Below the pieces are notes generated by a model. The model was not told where the DNA came from. It ran no database searches and saw only the letters and a list, made by a program, of their open reading frames with translations. 51,111 nt of DNA from contig CAYZIN010000005.1 of NCBI GenBank assembly GCA_964478595.1, forward strand, positions 1 to 51,111. Direction: 5' to 3'. Positions 9,051 through 19,595 of this stretch are shown piece after piece; positions within the stretch are counted from its first letter, which is position 1, and every line of letters begins with the position of its first letter. Source of the DNA: an uncultured Candidatus Saccharibacteria bacterium. Lineage in GTDB: Bacteria > Patescibacteriota > Saccharimonadia > UBA4664 > CAZJNH01. Both the position numbers and the translations under genes were made by a program.

Positions 9051-11357
9051 TTGGCCCGGAGTATTCAAATGGCCAGAAAAACCCAATCTAAAGCTAAATC
9101 CTGGCCCGGCGACGCTACCTTTTACGAGCAACTACTGGCCAGGGCAGACGAAGCTTGGCGCGGTCAGATCGATTGGGACAGATTGATTACTCATATGCAC
9201 GGCAGCATTGATCGAGCCGGGCCACTAATACTCGCTGGCCTACTGGACTTTGCTAGCTTTGTTTTAATCGGGCTGCACCGCAGCATCCGAGCGATTCCTA
9301 AACCCAGAAAAAGTCTTGTGCTGGCGGTTGCGCTAGCCTCGGTCGGGACTAGCGTAATCGTGGGTGGGATTTTTGTTGACCACACCTACCGAACCTACGC
9401 TGCCGACTTAGACAATCCTAAGGCGCTGGTTAGTCGCAACCATCAAGGCACCACCATTACCGACCGGGGCGGCAATGTTTTATACCGAGTCGACGGGGCC
9501 GACAACAGTATTCAAGTTAAATTTGCCGACGTCCCCAGAAGTTTTGTCGATGCAACGCTGGCCGCCGAAGATCCAGGCTTTTACTCTCATGACGGCGTCA
9601 GCTTAAAGGGTACTGCCCGAGCGGCTTGGGAAGATTTAACTCACGGCCAAAAGGTTGAAGGCGGCTCAACTTTATCGCAGCAACTGGTTAAAACCGCTTT
9701 TTTAAAGCCGGAAAAAAGCTATACCCGAAAACTAAAAGAAATGGTGCTGGCGACAATGCTCGAACGCAAATACACCAAAAACCAAATCTTAGAGCTCTAC
9801 TTTAATGAAGTACCCTACGGGCAAGGGTCGACCGGGGCCCAGCGGGCTGCTCAAACTTATTTCCATAAAAACCTTAGCGACCTTACGCTGGGAGAGCAAG
9901 CAATGCTAGCCGGATTGCCCCTGGGCACTAACCGGTTCGATCCCAACTTCGACCCTGCAGCCGCCAAAGATCGGCGCGACTACATTTTGGGACGCATGCA
10001 AGACCTCGGCTACATTACGGCAAAGCAGGCCAGCGCTGCCAAGTCCGAGAATTTAGTGGCTTTCGCTCAGCAAATTGATATTAAGGCGCCTCACTTTGTC
10101 TTTTTTGTGCTCGACCAACTGCGCCAAGCTTACGGCGAGGATATGTTAGAGCATGGCGGTATCACCGTAAAAACCACGCTCGATTTATCCAAACAGCAAA
10201 TCGCCGAAGAAGAGGTTCAAAACCAAATTAGCCAACTGGCGCGCCAACACGTTACCAACGCCGGATTAGTCTCGCTCGACCCAAAGACCGGAGAGGTATT
10301 GGCTATGGTTGGCAGTGTGGATTTCAATAACCAGGACTTTGGCAAGGTTAACGTCACCTTAGCGAAACTGCAGCCGGGTTCATCGTTTAAACCTTTTGTA
10401 TATGCCACAGCTTTTAAGAAAGGTTGGACCGGGGCCACCGTCATTCAAGACACACCCATCGCTCTTCCCGATGGTAGCGGGCAAATTTATCGGCCAGTTA
10501 ACTACGATGGTAAATTTCGCGGGCCAGTGCTGGCCAGACGTGCCCTCGGCAACTCGTTTAACATTCCAGCCCTGCGCACTATTCAGTTTGCCGGGGTGGC
10601 AGACACCATTCAAACCGCCAAAGACCTAGGCATTAGCACCTTGGGAGATCCGAGTCAGTACGGTATTAGTTTGGCGCTCGGTTCAGGCGAAGTGACTCCG
10701 TACGATATGGTCCAGGCCTACGGAACCTTCGCCGAGCTAGGCACAAAAGTTAGCGCTAAAAGTATTTTAGAGGTGGACGACCGCTATGGCGGCAACATTA
10801 CTAAAGAAACCCCCAGCCAAAACCCACAGGTACTCGATCCGCGAATAGCCTATATGCTAGTCAATATTTTGGGCGATAACAGTTCCCGAGTTGAGGAGTT
10901 TGGTCCAAACTCGCCGCTGCTTTTGCCGCGTCCTTCATTTGCTAAAACCGGCACGACCAATGATTTTCGCGACAACTTTACTGCGGGGTCAACTCCTGAT
11001 CTAACCACCGTTGTCTGGGTTGGTAACAACGACCACTCACCAATGATCGGCGTAAATGGTATTACGGGTGCGGCGCCAATTTGGCACAACTATATGGTCC
11101 GGGCCTTAGCGGCTGTGCCGCCAAGCGATTTCGTTCGACCCGCCGGATTAGTTGATCGAGTTGTTTGCTCAACCGACGGGGGGCTGGCTAACCCTTGGGA
11201 CCATGGCATTTCGGAATTATTTTTAGCCGAAGCTCCAGCCCCCAAACCCTGCGCCTCGACCAAACCCGAGCCCCCGAAACCTCCGGACGCTCAACCAGAC
11301 GCCAACCTGCCCAAAGTGGACAACCTCAATAAAGACAAAAAGCCGACTATTTTCTGA
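9051..11357 (+). CDS. class A penicillin-binding protein (glycosyltransferase GT51 plus transpeptidase)
   Basis: 768 aa. GT51 motifs EDPGFYSHDGV and GGSTLSQQL. Transpeptidase motifs SxxK (SSFK), SxN (SFN) and KTG (KTGTT). Hydrophobic N-terminal anchors. The start could also be ATG 9069. Confidence 0.9.
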   Translation: MARSIQMARKTQSKAKSWPGDATFYEQLLARADEAWRGQIDWDRLITHMHGSIDRAGPLILAGLLDFASFVLIGLHRSIRAIPKPRKSLVLAVALASVGTSVIVGGIFVDHTYRTYAADLDNPKALVSRNHQGTTITDRGGNVLYRVDGADNSIQVKFADVPRSFVDATLAAEDPGFYSHDGVSLKGTARAAWEDLTHGQKVEGGSTLSQQLVKTAFLKPEKSYTRKLKEMVLATMLERKYTKNQILELYFNEVPYGQGSTGAQRAAQTYFHKNLSDLTLGEQAMLAGLPLGTNRFDPNFDPAAAKDRRDYILGRMQDLGYITAKQASAAKSENLVAFAQQIDIKAPHFVFFVLDQLRQAYGEDMLEHGGITVKTTLDLSKQQIAEEEVQNQISQLARQHVTNAGLVSLDPKTGEVLAMVGSVDFNNQDFGKVNVTLAKLQPGSSFKPFVYATAFKKGWTGATVIQDTPIALPDGSGQIYRPVNYDGKFRGPVLARRALGNSFNIPALRTIQFAGVADTIQTAKDLGISTLGDPSQYGISLALGSGEVTPYDMVQAYGTFAELGTKVSAKSILEVDDRYGGNITKETPSQNPQVLDPRIAYMLVNILGDNSSRVEEFGPNSPLLLPRPSFAKTGTTNDFRDNFTAGSTPDLTTVVWVGNNDHSPMIGVNGITGAAPIWHNYMVRALAAVPPSDFVRPAGLVDRVVCSTDGGLANPWDHGISELFLAEAPAPKPCASTKPEPPKPPDAQPDANLPKVDNLNKDKKPTIF

Positions 11358-11404
11358 TCTAGGCTAGTTGCGTAGGGCACTATTTTGTTGTATAGTTATT
11401 TTTA

Positions 11405-12388
11405 ATGAACTACCGGGAAATCACATCAGAATTAATTGAAAGCCTCGAAAAAGACCGCGACCGCGCCGTCCTGACCAAGCGTTACGGCTTAGATGGAGGT
11501 AAGGGAGAGACGCTCGACAAAATCGGCCGCCGTTATGGTATTACTCGTGAACGCGTCCGCCAAATTGAACGCGCCGCCCTAAAAAAACTTAGCTCACTTG
11601 GCAATCCCAAAACCAAGGCTATTAACCAATGGCTGATTGCTCAGCTGGCCAAAGAAGGTGGAGTCGCGACCCTGGAAACTCTAACCACTAAGATCGCCGA
11701 CGCCGACGCCGCCATTTTGTATTTTCTAGCCAGAGTTGCCCCGGGTATTGAAGTTATCGAAGAAGACAAACGTTTTAATACCACACTGCTAGACAAGCAG
11801 ATGCTTTCCTCGGCTCAGGTTGTTGGCCAAGTGAAAACTCTAGTTGACGCATTTAAAACTCGTCAGTCTCCGGCACCCTTAAAGGAGGTTGCTAGCTCCA
11901 AACTCGGACCTGCGGCTTTAACCAATATCGCTCGCAGCTCCAAGGAGTTAGCCCATTTCGGAGAAGTTTGGGGACTAAAGGCCTGGCCGACGGTTAATCC
12001 CAGAAGCATCAAAGATCGTGCCTACCTAGCCCTTAAAAACCACCGCCAGCCTCTGCATTTCTCCGAAATCGCCACCCATATTACCCGAATTACCCCCAGC
12101 GGCCGGAAAGTCACGACTCAAGCCGTCCACAACGAGCTGATTAAGGATGAGCGATTTGTACTTATTGGCAGGGGAATTTACGCGCTTTCGGACTGGGGCT
12201 ACACCGCCGGGACCGTGGCTGATATGATTATAGAAGTCTTGCGGCTAGAGCAGCCGCTCCACAAGGACGAAATCGTGAGGAGGGTTCTAGAAAAACGGCA
12301 GGTAAAGGTCACAACCATCGCGTTAAATCTGCAAGAAAAAAAGCACTTTGAGCGCGTGGCCAAAGCCACCTACAAACTGAGACCATGA
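11405..12388 (+). CDS. sigma-70 region-4-like HTH protein with a C-terminal HARE-HTH-like domain
   Basis: 327 aa. The N-terminal LTKRYGLDGGKGETLDKIGRRYGITRERVRQIERAALKKL resembles sigma region 4. The C-terminal AYLALKNHRQPLHFSEIATHI...FVLIGRGIYALSDWGY resembles the HARE-HTH of RpoE-delta-like proteins. Confidence 0.6.
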   Translation: MNYREITSELIESLEKDRDRAVLTKRYGLDGGKGETLDKIGRRYGITRERVRQIERAALKKLSSLGNPKTKAINQWLIAQLAKEGGVATLETLTTKIADADAAILYFLARVAPGIEVIEEDKRFNTTLLDKQMLSSAQVVGQVKTLVDAFKTRQSPAPLKEVASSKLGPAALTNIARSSKELAHFGEVWGLKAWPTVNPRSIKDRAYLALKNHRQPLHFSEIATHITRITPSGRKVTTQAVHNELIKDERFVLIGRGIYALSDWGYTAGTVADMIIEVLRLEQPLHKDEIVRRVLEKRQVKVTTIALNLQEKKHFERVAKATYKLRP

Positions 12389-15099
12389 ATTTTTTGGGCG
12401 ACATTTTAAAAGTTATCGGACTAATCTTGTTTCAATTCTGGGGCTGGGTGCCTCTGGTTGCAATTGGCGGCTTTTTGACTTGGCAAAACCGCAGGCGAAC
12501 GGTTTGGATCGCGGGGGTCGAGCAGACCCTGCTATTAGTTGAAGTCCCCAAAGAAAACGAAAAAAGCGCTCTTTCAGCCGAGCAAATGTTTGCCTCACTG
12601 CACGGAATTTTGCGGACCAAGTCCGACATCGCAAAAGAAGGTTCCGTCCAGGAACATATCAGTTTTGAGATTGCTTCAATCGGTAACCGTATTCATTTTT
12701 ACGTCTGGTGCCCGAAACACCTCAAAGATTTCGTAGAGGGCCAAATCTACGCTCAATATCCAAGCGTTCACATTAAAGAAGCCGACACCGACTACTCGCA
12801 CCGTCCGGAGTTGGTGCAAAAAACCATTCTCTCCAGCGAATTATCTTTGGCCAAAGAGCCAGTGCTGCCAATAAAAACCTACACCAGTTTTGAGGTCGAT
12901 CCGATTAGCTCCATTACTTCGGTAATGGCCAAACTGGATCCAGGTGAGGAAATTTGGATCCAATTACTGGTTCGTCCGATCGAAGATAGCTGGCACGGCC
13001 AAGGAAAAAAGTTTATCGCCGAAAGCAAGGGTGGCAAAGGCAAAACTCTAAAAGACGTCTTGCTTGAGCTGCCGATTCACGTTATTACCAACGCCCTAAG
13101 CGCTCTTACAGCGCCACCTGAGGCTCCCGAAAAGAAAGACGAGAAAAAGGATCTTTCCGAAGGCGAAAAAGGTTTTTACAGCGCCATCGAGAATAAAATC
13201 TCCAAGCTTGGCTACGAAACAAAAATCAGATTGGTGTATCTGGGAAATCACCCCGACCAAGCCAGGCTGCGCATGCAGGCTTTGCTCGGTTCGTTTAAGC
13301 AATTTAACACTCTAAATCTGAATGGACTGAAAGACAGCGGCCTGTCCGATAGCACCGGCGTGGTAGAGGAGTATGCCGCCAGGTTCTTTCCCAGCAAAGG
13401 CTCGATCATGAATACCGAAGAGCTGGCGAGTCTTTACCACTTGCCCCACAAATCGGTCGAAACGCCAAACATCGTCTGGAACGTAGCCCGAACCAGCGAA
13501 CCGCCAGCCGCTCTACCGGTCGAAGTTAAGGGCGAGGAGGCGGCGCTTAGTTTATTTGGACTAACCAATTTCCGCGGCATCCGCCAAAAGTTCGGCATTA
13601 AACGCGGTGATCGGGGCAGACACCTCTACATCGTTGGCCAAACCGGAACCGGTAAGTCAATGCTGCTGCAACTTCTAACTTTGTCCGACATCTACCACGA
13701 CCAAGGCTTTGCCATCATCGACCCGCATGGTGATCTTGCCACGGACATAATGAAATACATCCCCGAACATAGAGTTAAAGACGTTATTTATTTCAACCCG
13801 GCCGACATTGAGTTTCCGATTGCCTTTAACCCCATGGAAGTGACCGATCCTAACTTTAAAAACAATATTTCCTCCGAGATCGTCGGCGTTCTAAAACGCA
13901 TGTTTGAAAGCTGGGGACCGCGCCTGGAATACATACTCCGTTTTACGATCTTGGCACTTTTAGACTATCCGGATTCAACTCTACTTGGAATCACCCGCAT
14001 GTTAACCGACAAAGAATTCCGCAAAAAAGTCGTTCGTGAAGTCCAGGACCCGGTGGTTAAAAACTTCTGGTTAAACGAGTTCGCCAGCTGGAACGACAAA
14101 TTCGCCAACGAGGCCGTGGCACCAGTGCTAAACAAGGTTGGGGCTTTTACCGCCAATCCCTTAATTCGTAACGTTATCGGCCAGCCGAAGAGTGCTCTAA
14201 ACCTGCGTAAAATCATGGACGAAGGTAAAATCTTAATTGTTAACCTCAGCCAAGGACTAATAGGGGAGGACAACGCCTCCGTTTTAGGGGCCTTAATGGT
14301 TACCAAGCTGCAGCTTTCGGCAATGAGTCGAGCCAATCAGCCGCTTAGTGAGCGCCGGCCTTTTTACCTCTACGTCGACGAGTTTCAAAACTTCGCTACG
14401 GACTCTTTTGCGGTCATTTTAAGCGAGGCTCGGAAGTATGGGCTGTATTTAACCGTTGCCAACCAGTACATCGCTCAAATCGCCGAAACGGCCGTTAAGG
14501 ACGCGGTGTTTGGTAACGTCGGTTCGATAGTAACTTTCCGGGTTGGGGCTGATGACGCTGGCTATTTGGCAAAGTACTTTAAACCGATTTTTGAAGACAC
14601 CGACATCGTTACGCTCAACAACCAGCATATTTTGCTGTCTATGAGCATCGACGGCGAAAAATCACCGCCTTTTTCCGGGACCACGCTTGTTATGCCCGAG
14701 CCCGAACAGGATCTCTCTAGTCAAATCATCGACCAATCACGCACCCTCTACGCTAGCTCCAAGGCCAAAGTCACGGAGGATATCTCCAATTGGAGCTACG
14801 ACATGCATCAAAAAACCAGGGGAGCGATGGACGAGGAGGCAGCTGCAGGAGAAGATGCGCCGGTTCGCATGGGTGAACGAAAACCGAACATCCTCAATGA
14901 GCTAAAAAATCCAGATCGCACATCTGGAAAATCTCAGCCGCGCTCTGGTGGACAGGAGAAACACTCCGAGCGCCGATCTGGCCACCAGGAGAACCGACCG
15001 GCAGAGGAACCGAAAACCTCCGAACCGGTCCAAAAATTGCCGCAACATATGGAACATGGTCTCAAGCCAGACGAAGTAGTCCAGCTGCACAAAGAATAG
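12385..15099 (+). CDS. membrane-anchored TraD/VirD4-like (FtsK/HerA superfamily) P-loop ATPase
   Basis: 904 aa with an N-terminal TM segment. Walker A is GQTGTGKS, Walker B is LYVDEFQNF, followed by ARKYGLYLTVANQ. The C-terminal ~110 aa tail is charged and low-complexity. A 4-nt ATGA overlap with the upstream HTH gene is present. Confidence 0.75.
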   Translation: MNFLGDILKVIGLILFQFWGWVPLVAIGGFLTWQNRRRTVWIAGVEQTLLLVEVPKENEKSALSAEQMFASLHGILRTKSDIAKEGSVQEHISFEIASIGNRIHFYVWCPKHLKDFVEGQIYAQYPSVHIKEADTDYSHRPELVQKTILSSELSLAKEPVLPIKTYTSFEVDPISSITSVMAKLDPGEEIWIQLLVRPIEDSWHGQGKKFIAESKGGKGKTLKDVLLELPIHVITNALSALTAPPEAPEKKDEKKDLSEGEKGFYSAIENKISKLGYETKIRLVYLGNHPDQARLRMQALLGSFKQFNTLNLNGLKDSGLSDSTGVVEEYAARFFPSKGSIMNTEELASLYHLPHKSVETPNIVWNVARTSEPPAALPVEVKGEEAALSLFGLTNFRGIRQKFGIKRGDRGRHLYIVGQTGTGKSMLLQLLTLSDIYHDQGFAIIDPHGDLATDIMKYIPEHRVKDVIYFNPADIEFPIAFNPMEVTDPNFKNNISSEIVGVLKRMFESWGPRLEYILRFTILALLDYPDSTLLGITRMLTDKEFRKKVVREVQDPVVKNFWLNEFASWNDKFANEAVAPVLNKVGAFTANPLIRNVIGQPKSALNLRKIMDEGKILIVNLSQGLIGEDNASVLGALMVTKLQLSAMSRANQPLSERRPFYLYVDEFQNFATDSFAVILSEARKYGLYLTVANQYIAQIAETAVKDAVFGNVGSIVTFRVGADDAGYLAKYFKPIFEDTDIVTLNNQHILLSMSIDGEKSPPFSGTTLVMPEPEQDLSSQIIDQSRTLYASSKAKVTEDISNWSYDMHQKTRGAMDEEAAAGEDAPVRMGERKPNILNELKNPDRTSGKSQPRSGGQEKHSERRSGHQENRPAEEPKTSEPVQKLPQHMEHGLKPDEVVQLHKE

Positions 15100-15397
15100 T
15101 AGAAAGTTAGCATGGGGAAGAGTGGTGGGGTGGTAGTACGATAATTGATCGAAAAATCTCAGCCACAAAGTTTAATGAAGCCCGGCAGAAGAAACCAGAC
15201 CAAAGGTCGTACAATGTATATTTTGCGACATAGACTATGTGCTGGTTCGGGGGTCTGATTATACCTGATTTATGGCTTAGGAAAGGCAAAAGACAGCTAG
15301 TAGGCAAAAAGCGCTACGCTCGCTTCTCCGGTTTTAACTACCCCGTCAAGTTGTTTATAAATAAATCCCCCGGAAAAATTTTGAGTACTATCGAATG

Positions 15398-15432
15398 AAA
15401 ATCGAACAAAGCGGTGGAGCAGAAAGCACCAC
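15398..15432 (-). terminator. possible terminator after ftsQ
   Basis: The minus strand reads GTGGTGC-TTTCT-GCTCCAC (one mismatch) followed by the T-rich CGCTTTGTTCGATTTTC. Confidence 0.3.
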
Positions 15433-15436
15433 TACC

Positions 15437-16264
15437 TTACTTATAGTAAGCCTTACCATCGACCCGTAAATCAATGTACTCAGCTGGTTTCTTACCTTCC
15501 TTGCTCAACTCCGCCAACACCTTCCTTAAGTCACCGATTTGAGGCGCGACCGGGCGGGTAGTATCAAACTTTATGGCGTAGCTAGTTTTAAGTTGGGCGG
15601 TTAATTCGCTAGTAGAATCCGTAATACTTAGCTGGTCAAGCGGCAGACTTAAACCGTTTATACCCTTAACTACCCCGAGTGCAAAGGAGACAAAACCGCT
15701 CCCCACCACTCTATTCCCCACCCTAACGGGCAGATTAGTAGTATCAACAACCACCGGCAACCTTCCCAGTTTATCGGTAATCGGCTGAATAACCGTTCCG
15801 TCGGCATCTAGTAAATACAAAACTCCCCCGCTTTTCCAAGCCAAAGATGGCTCGCGCTCGACCACCTGAACCTTCAAGCCGTGCGGCCATTTGCGAGAGA
15901 CAATTAATTCTTTGATTTCTGGAATTTCGGCAACGACAGAACTTTGCAGGCGAGATGAAGAGATAGTCAGTAGATTATCCCCCAGTAGCTGAGCGGACAT
16001 CCCCTTCCTTGTCGACAACTCAATGGCTTTGGGGTCAAGACTTCTCTCCCCAGTTATGGCTACGGTCTGGATTGCAAAATAACGCCAGCCAAAAAATAGG
16101 GCCATAAGGATAATTACGTATTTTAACCACCACCGTTTCCTGGGCGCCCGAGGTAAATATTGCCGACTCGGAGCGGGCTTCGAGCGAGTAAAGACGGGTC
16201 GGCCAACTGGCCTAACTTGTCGGCTATTCACTCCTCTCCTCGTCTGGACGAACTCTGGCAACAT
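15437..16264 (-). CDS. ftsQ: cell division protein FtsQ/DivIB-like
   Basis: 275 aa. It has a basic cytoplasmic N-terminus, a single TM (WWLKYVIILMALFFGW) and a POTRA-like region. It lies directly after murG in the dcw cluster. Confidence 0.7.
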   Translation of the reverse strand: MLPEFVQTRRGVNSRQVRPVGRPVFTRSKPAPSRQYLPRAPRKRWWLKYVIILMALFFGWRYFAIQTVAITGERSLDPKAIELSTRKGMSAQLLGDNLLTISSSRLQSSVVAEIPEIKELIVSRKWPHGLKVQVVEREPSLAWKSGGVLYLLDADGTVIQPITDKLGRLPVVVDTTNLPVRVGNRVVGSGFVSFALGVVKGINGLSLPLDQLSITDSTSELTAQLKTSYAIKFDTTRPVAPQIGDLRKVLAELSKEGKKPAEYIDLRVDGKAYYK

Positions 16265-17390
16265 CGACGATAGTTTCCGCTAGACGCTTGGCCGCATCTG
16301 GGACAGCAAATTCGCCAATGTGTTTTGACAGACTTTTTTGCTCCTGTTCGCTACCTAGTACTACCCCCACCTCCCGCTCCAAAAGCAAAGGAGTAAGGCG
16401 GTCTTCGGTAATCAGCCGAACCGCCCCGGCCCGGGCAAGAATTTGAGCGTTTGCTGTTTGGTGCCCGCCGGTCAGATAGGGATTGGGAATCAAAATCGTC
16501 GGTTTTTTGAGTAGCGCCAGCTCGGCAATAGTATTGGCACCGGCCCGGGAAATTACCAAGTCAGCGGCCTCTAATGCCATACCTATCTCTTCGCCCAAAA
16601 AGCCAACCAGCCGATATTTTTTAGCCAACTCAGGCTCGAGTTTTCGGGTAGCAAACTTTACCTGCTCGATGTCACGCTCTCCAGCAATATGAATCAGTTG
16701 GGTTTTACTCAAAAGCCTTGGTAAAGTGGCAATAATCGCCTGGTTAATCGTTCGCGCACCCGTACTGCCCCCTAAAACGAGGGTTACTGGCTGTCTTTCA
16801 TCTAACTCAAAGTGCTTTAATCCCGCTAAGCGGTGCGACGTCGAAATAATCGACCGAACGGGATTGCCAACGTAAACCAACTTGTCGGATTTTTCACCGC
16901 GAAAATTCTTAATTGGAAAACCCAATGCCAGCTTGTCGGCCCAGCGCGACAGAATTTTATTGGTAAGGCCTGGCACAACATCTGAGTCGTGAATAACTAG
17001 CGGGTACTTCATTAAACCCGCCGCTATCCCCACGGGCAAACCAACATACCCCCCCTTCACAAATACAACGTTTGGATCAAACCGTTTAATAATTTTTCGA
17101 CTTTGCCCAACGCCCGCTAGCACGCGAAACAGGTCGGTAGTATTTCGTCCTATACTTGACAAATTAGCAATTCTGTGTCGTAGCTCTAAGTTGTGAAAGC
17201 GGCGGTATTTGCCCGAGCTGATTCCCATAAACTTAATTCCGGCTGCGCGAACCAACTTGGCCTCTAAGCCGCTGCGCGAACCAATATAGAGGAACTCGAC
17301 GTCTTTATTAAGCTTCTTTAGGGCGTCGGCGGTAGCTAGAATCGGCGAGACGTGACCAGCCGTTCCCCCGCCGGACAGCAGAATGCGCAT
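16224..17390 (-). CDS. murG: UDP-N-acetylglucosamine-lipid I transferase MurG
   Basis: The canonical N-terminus MRILLSGGGTAGHVSPI begins at ATG 17390. The track ORF extends to 17468 with an implausible leader. Motifs GGYVGLPV and GGSTGA are present. Confidence 0.92.
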   Translation of the reverse strand: MRILLSGGGTAGHVSPILATADALKKLNKDVEFLYIGSRSGLEAKLVRAAGIKFMGISSGKYRRFHNLELRHRIANLSSIGRNTTDLFRVLAGVGQSRKIIKRFDPNVVFVKGGYVGLPVGIAAGLMKYPLVIHDSDVVPGLTNKILSRWADKLALGFPIKNFRGEKSDKLVYVGNPVRSIISTSHRLAGLKHFELDERQPVTLVLGGSTGARTINQAIIATLPRLLSKTQLIHIAGERDIEQVKFATRKLEPELAKKYRLVGFLGEEIGMALEAADLVISRAGANTIAELALLKKPTILIPNPYLTGGHQTANAQILARAGAVRLITEDRLTPLLLEREVGVVLGSEQEQKSLSKHIGEFAVPDAAKRLAETIVDVARVRPDEERSE

Positions 17391-18492
17391 TGGCCTCTCC
17401 AGTCGTGTGTTTGGATATGTTATGCAAAATGCCGACCGACAATAGCGTAATAACCAGGTTGGTGCCACCGAAACTAATAAACGGCAGCGGGATTCCTGTT
17501 AGCGGCATCAATGAGAGCATCGCCATGATATTAATAATGGCCTGAAACATTATCCAGAGCGTGATTCCAGTGGCCGCCAGGCGAGAAAAGGTGTCTGGGG
17601 CACTGCGGGCGATTTTAAAACCGCGATAAATCACAATGCCCAGTAATGCAATGACAATCAGCGAGCCGATCAGCCCGAATTCCTCGGCAATCACAGCAAA
17701 GATCGAGTCGTTGGCCGCTTCAGGCAAATAGCCGTAAACCTGCACGCTTCTGCCCAGCCCGACACCGAACAAACCGCCAGAGCCAATGGCGATTAGAGCC
17801 TGATTAATGTGGTAGCCCACACCCGTTACGTCCTTAGAGGGGTTTAAGAAGGCCGTAATCCGCGCCAAGCGGTGAGAAAACGCCACGACCGCCAAAAAGC
17901 CCGCAGCGGCCGCAGCCCCCAAAAGCATTGCAAAATCGCGGTATCGCATGCCGGCAATAAAATACATAAAAATAGCCGCCAGTGCTATAACCGACATGGT
18001 ACCAAGATCCCGTTGGAAAAAAACAATCACTAGCGACACCCCCAGCATGATTACGCCAAAGGGCACCAAGCCGTCCCAAAAAGTGCGAATGTTATCGCGC
18101 TGTTTCTCAAACCAGGCCGCTAAGTACAAAATGACCGCCGGTTTCAGCAGTTCGGCTGGCTGAAAAGTTAATGGGCCTAGGCCGACCCAGCGCGTGGCGC
18201 CATTGCGGGTAAGCGATAAACCGGGTACCAATAATGCTACTAGGCCAATAATCGCCAAAATTCCTAAATACTTCGACCATATCCGCCAGCGGCTGTAGTC
18301 AACGCTAGACGCCCACGCCCATGCCGCCAGCCCTAGCCCTAGGCTAATAACCTGTCGCAAGAAGAAATTGCTCCCCTCCCCCAAGTTATTGGAAAGAATT
18401 GGAGACAGCGAATAAATCATAATCAGGCCGATGCCCAAAAGCGCCGCTACGGCAAAGGTTAGCAAATGATCTGCTTTATGCCCGCGTCTCAT
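17308..18492 (-). CDS. ftsW: SEDS-family peptidoglycan polymerase FtsW
   Basis: Multi-pass membrane protein containing FQPAELLK and PLTGIPLPFISFGGT. The ATG at 18492 overlaps the mraY stop (ATGA). The 3' end overlaps murG by 83 nt. Confidence 0.9.
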   Translation of the reverse strand: MRRGHKADHLLTFAVAALLGIGLIMIYSLSPILSNNLGEGSNFFLRQVISLGLGLAAWAWASSVDYSRWRIWSKYLGILAIIGLVALLVPGLSLTRNGATRWVGLGPLTFQPAELLKPAVILYLAAWFEKQRDNIRTFWDGLVPFGVIMLGVSLVIVFFQRDLGTMSVIALAAIFMYFIAGMRYRDFAMLLGAAAAAGFLAVVAFSHRLARITAFLNPSKDVTGVGYHINQALIAIGSGGLFGVGLGRSVQVYGYLPEAANDSIFAVIAEEFGLIGSLIVIALLGIVIYRGFKIARSAPDTFSRLAATGITLWIMFQAIINIMAMLSLMPLTGIPLPFISFGGTNLVITLLSVGILHNISKHTTGEANAHSAVRRGNGWSRLADSSYRRRPKEA

Positions 18493-19595
18493 TTTAAGAT
18501 GTGAGTCCCAAGTAGCCCAACCATTAAGCCAATCGCACCACAAACCTGGCCGATTACCCACAGCCGCATGGTCACCTTCGTTTCGGGCCAGCCCTTTGCC
18601 TGCAAATGATGATGGAGGGGTGCCGAAATAAAGATTTTGCGCTTAAAGACCTTTTTGGAAAAAATTTGCAGTAAGCTCGAAGCGGCTTCGACTACAAAAA
18701 CTCCACCAATAATTGGCAGTACAAATACAGTGTTGGTTAACATCGCCACAACTCCAAGCGCCGTACCGATTGCGAAAGCACCGGAGTCGCCCATTAAAAA
18801 ACGGATCGGGTAGATGCTGAACCAAGTATAAGTTAGCATCGCACCAACCACCGTGGCGCAAAAGGCAGCGATTCCGTGGTTACCCTGGAAATAAGCGATA
18901 ACGGCGTAGGCGCCAAAGGCAGTCGACAGCAACCCTCCCGACAACCCATCCAGGCCGTCGGTAATATTAACGGCGTTAGCGGTTGACACGACTACGAATA
19001 TAAATAGTGGGATGTAGAGCCAGCCGATATTAAAGTCCCCGACTGCTGGGACGTGGATTAAGTTGTAACCCAGCTTAAAGTAGAACCACCAGGCACCGAG
19101 CGCCGCTACCCCCAAGATTAAGACCATTTTCATCTTGGCCCTCAGCCCCCCTGCCAGATTTTTTGACCCCCGAATATTGATGTAATCATCGAGCAAGCCA
19201 ACAAATCCGGCACCCAGTAGTGCGAACAGCGGCAAATAGGTTTGGGAGCGGCTCCAGTTGAAAATCAGCGTGACCGCCGCAATCGATGCCATTAAGATCA
19301 TGCCCCCCATGGTGGGGATGTTGCGTTTATGCTTTTCAGCTTGCTGTGAGAAGGCCACTGGAGCGGCTTCACCTGTGGTGGCATGAGTGCGAGCTTTTTT
19401 CCACCATTGCCTTTTAAAAGCAAAGTGCGTGTAAACCGGCGTTAAGGCCATAGATAGCACAAACGCCGCCACAGCGTCGAAAAAGACGTGAGACAGCGGC
19501 AAAATTTGCGCGGCGTGCTGAAAATGAAGCAGCATAGGTTGGCCTAATTTTAGCACAATGACAGATAGAAACATCAGCGCAGAGAGGCTTTTCAT
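18489..19595 (-). CDS. mraY: phospho-N-acetylmuramoyl-pentapeptide transferase MraY
   Basis: 368 aa, multi-pass. Motifs GLLDDY, NAVNITDGLDGL, GDSGAFAIG and APLHHH. Confidence 0.95.
   Translation of the reverse strand: MKSLSALMFLSVIVLKLGQPMLLHFQHAAQILPLSHVFFDAVAAFVLSMALTPVYTHFAFKRQWWKKARTHATTGEAAPVAFSQQAEKHKRNIPTMGGMILMASIAAVTLIFNWSRSQTYLPLFALLGAGFVGLLDDYINIRGSKNLAGGLRAKMKMVLILGVAALGAWWFYFKLGYNLIHVPAVGDFNIGWLYIPLFIFVVVSTANAVNITDGLDGLSGGLLSTAFGAYAVIAYFQGNHGIAAFCATVVGAMLTYTWFSIYPIRFLMGDSGAFAIGTALGVVAMLTNTVFVLPIIGGVFVVEAASSLLQIFSKKVFKRKIFISAPLHHHLQAKGWPETKVTMRLWVIGQVCGAIGLMVGLLGTHILK

Noticed and set aside
17391-17468. N-terminal extension of murG in the ORF track
   Set aside because: The canonical MurG N-terminus MRILLSGGGTAGH starts at ATG 17390. 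The 26 upstream codons lie inside ftsW and look non-native.
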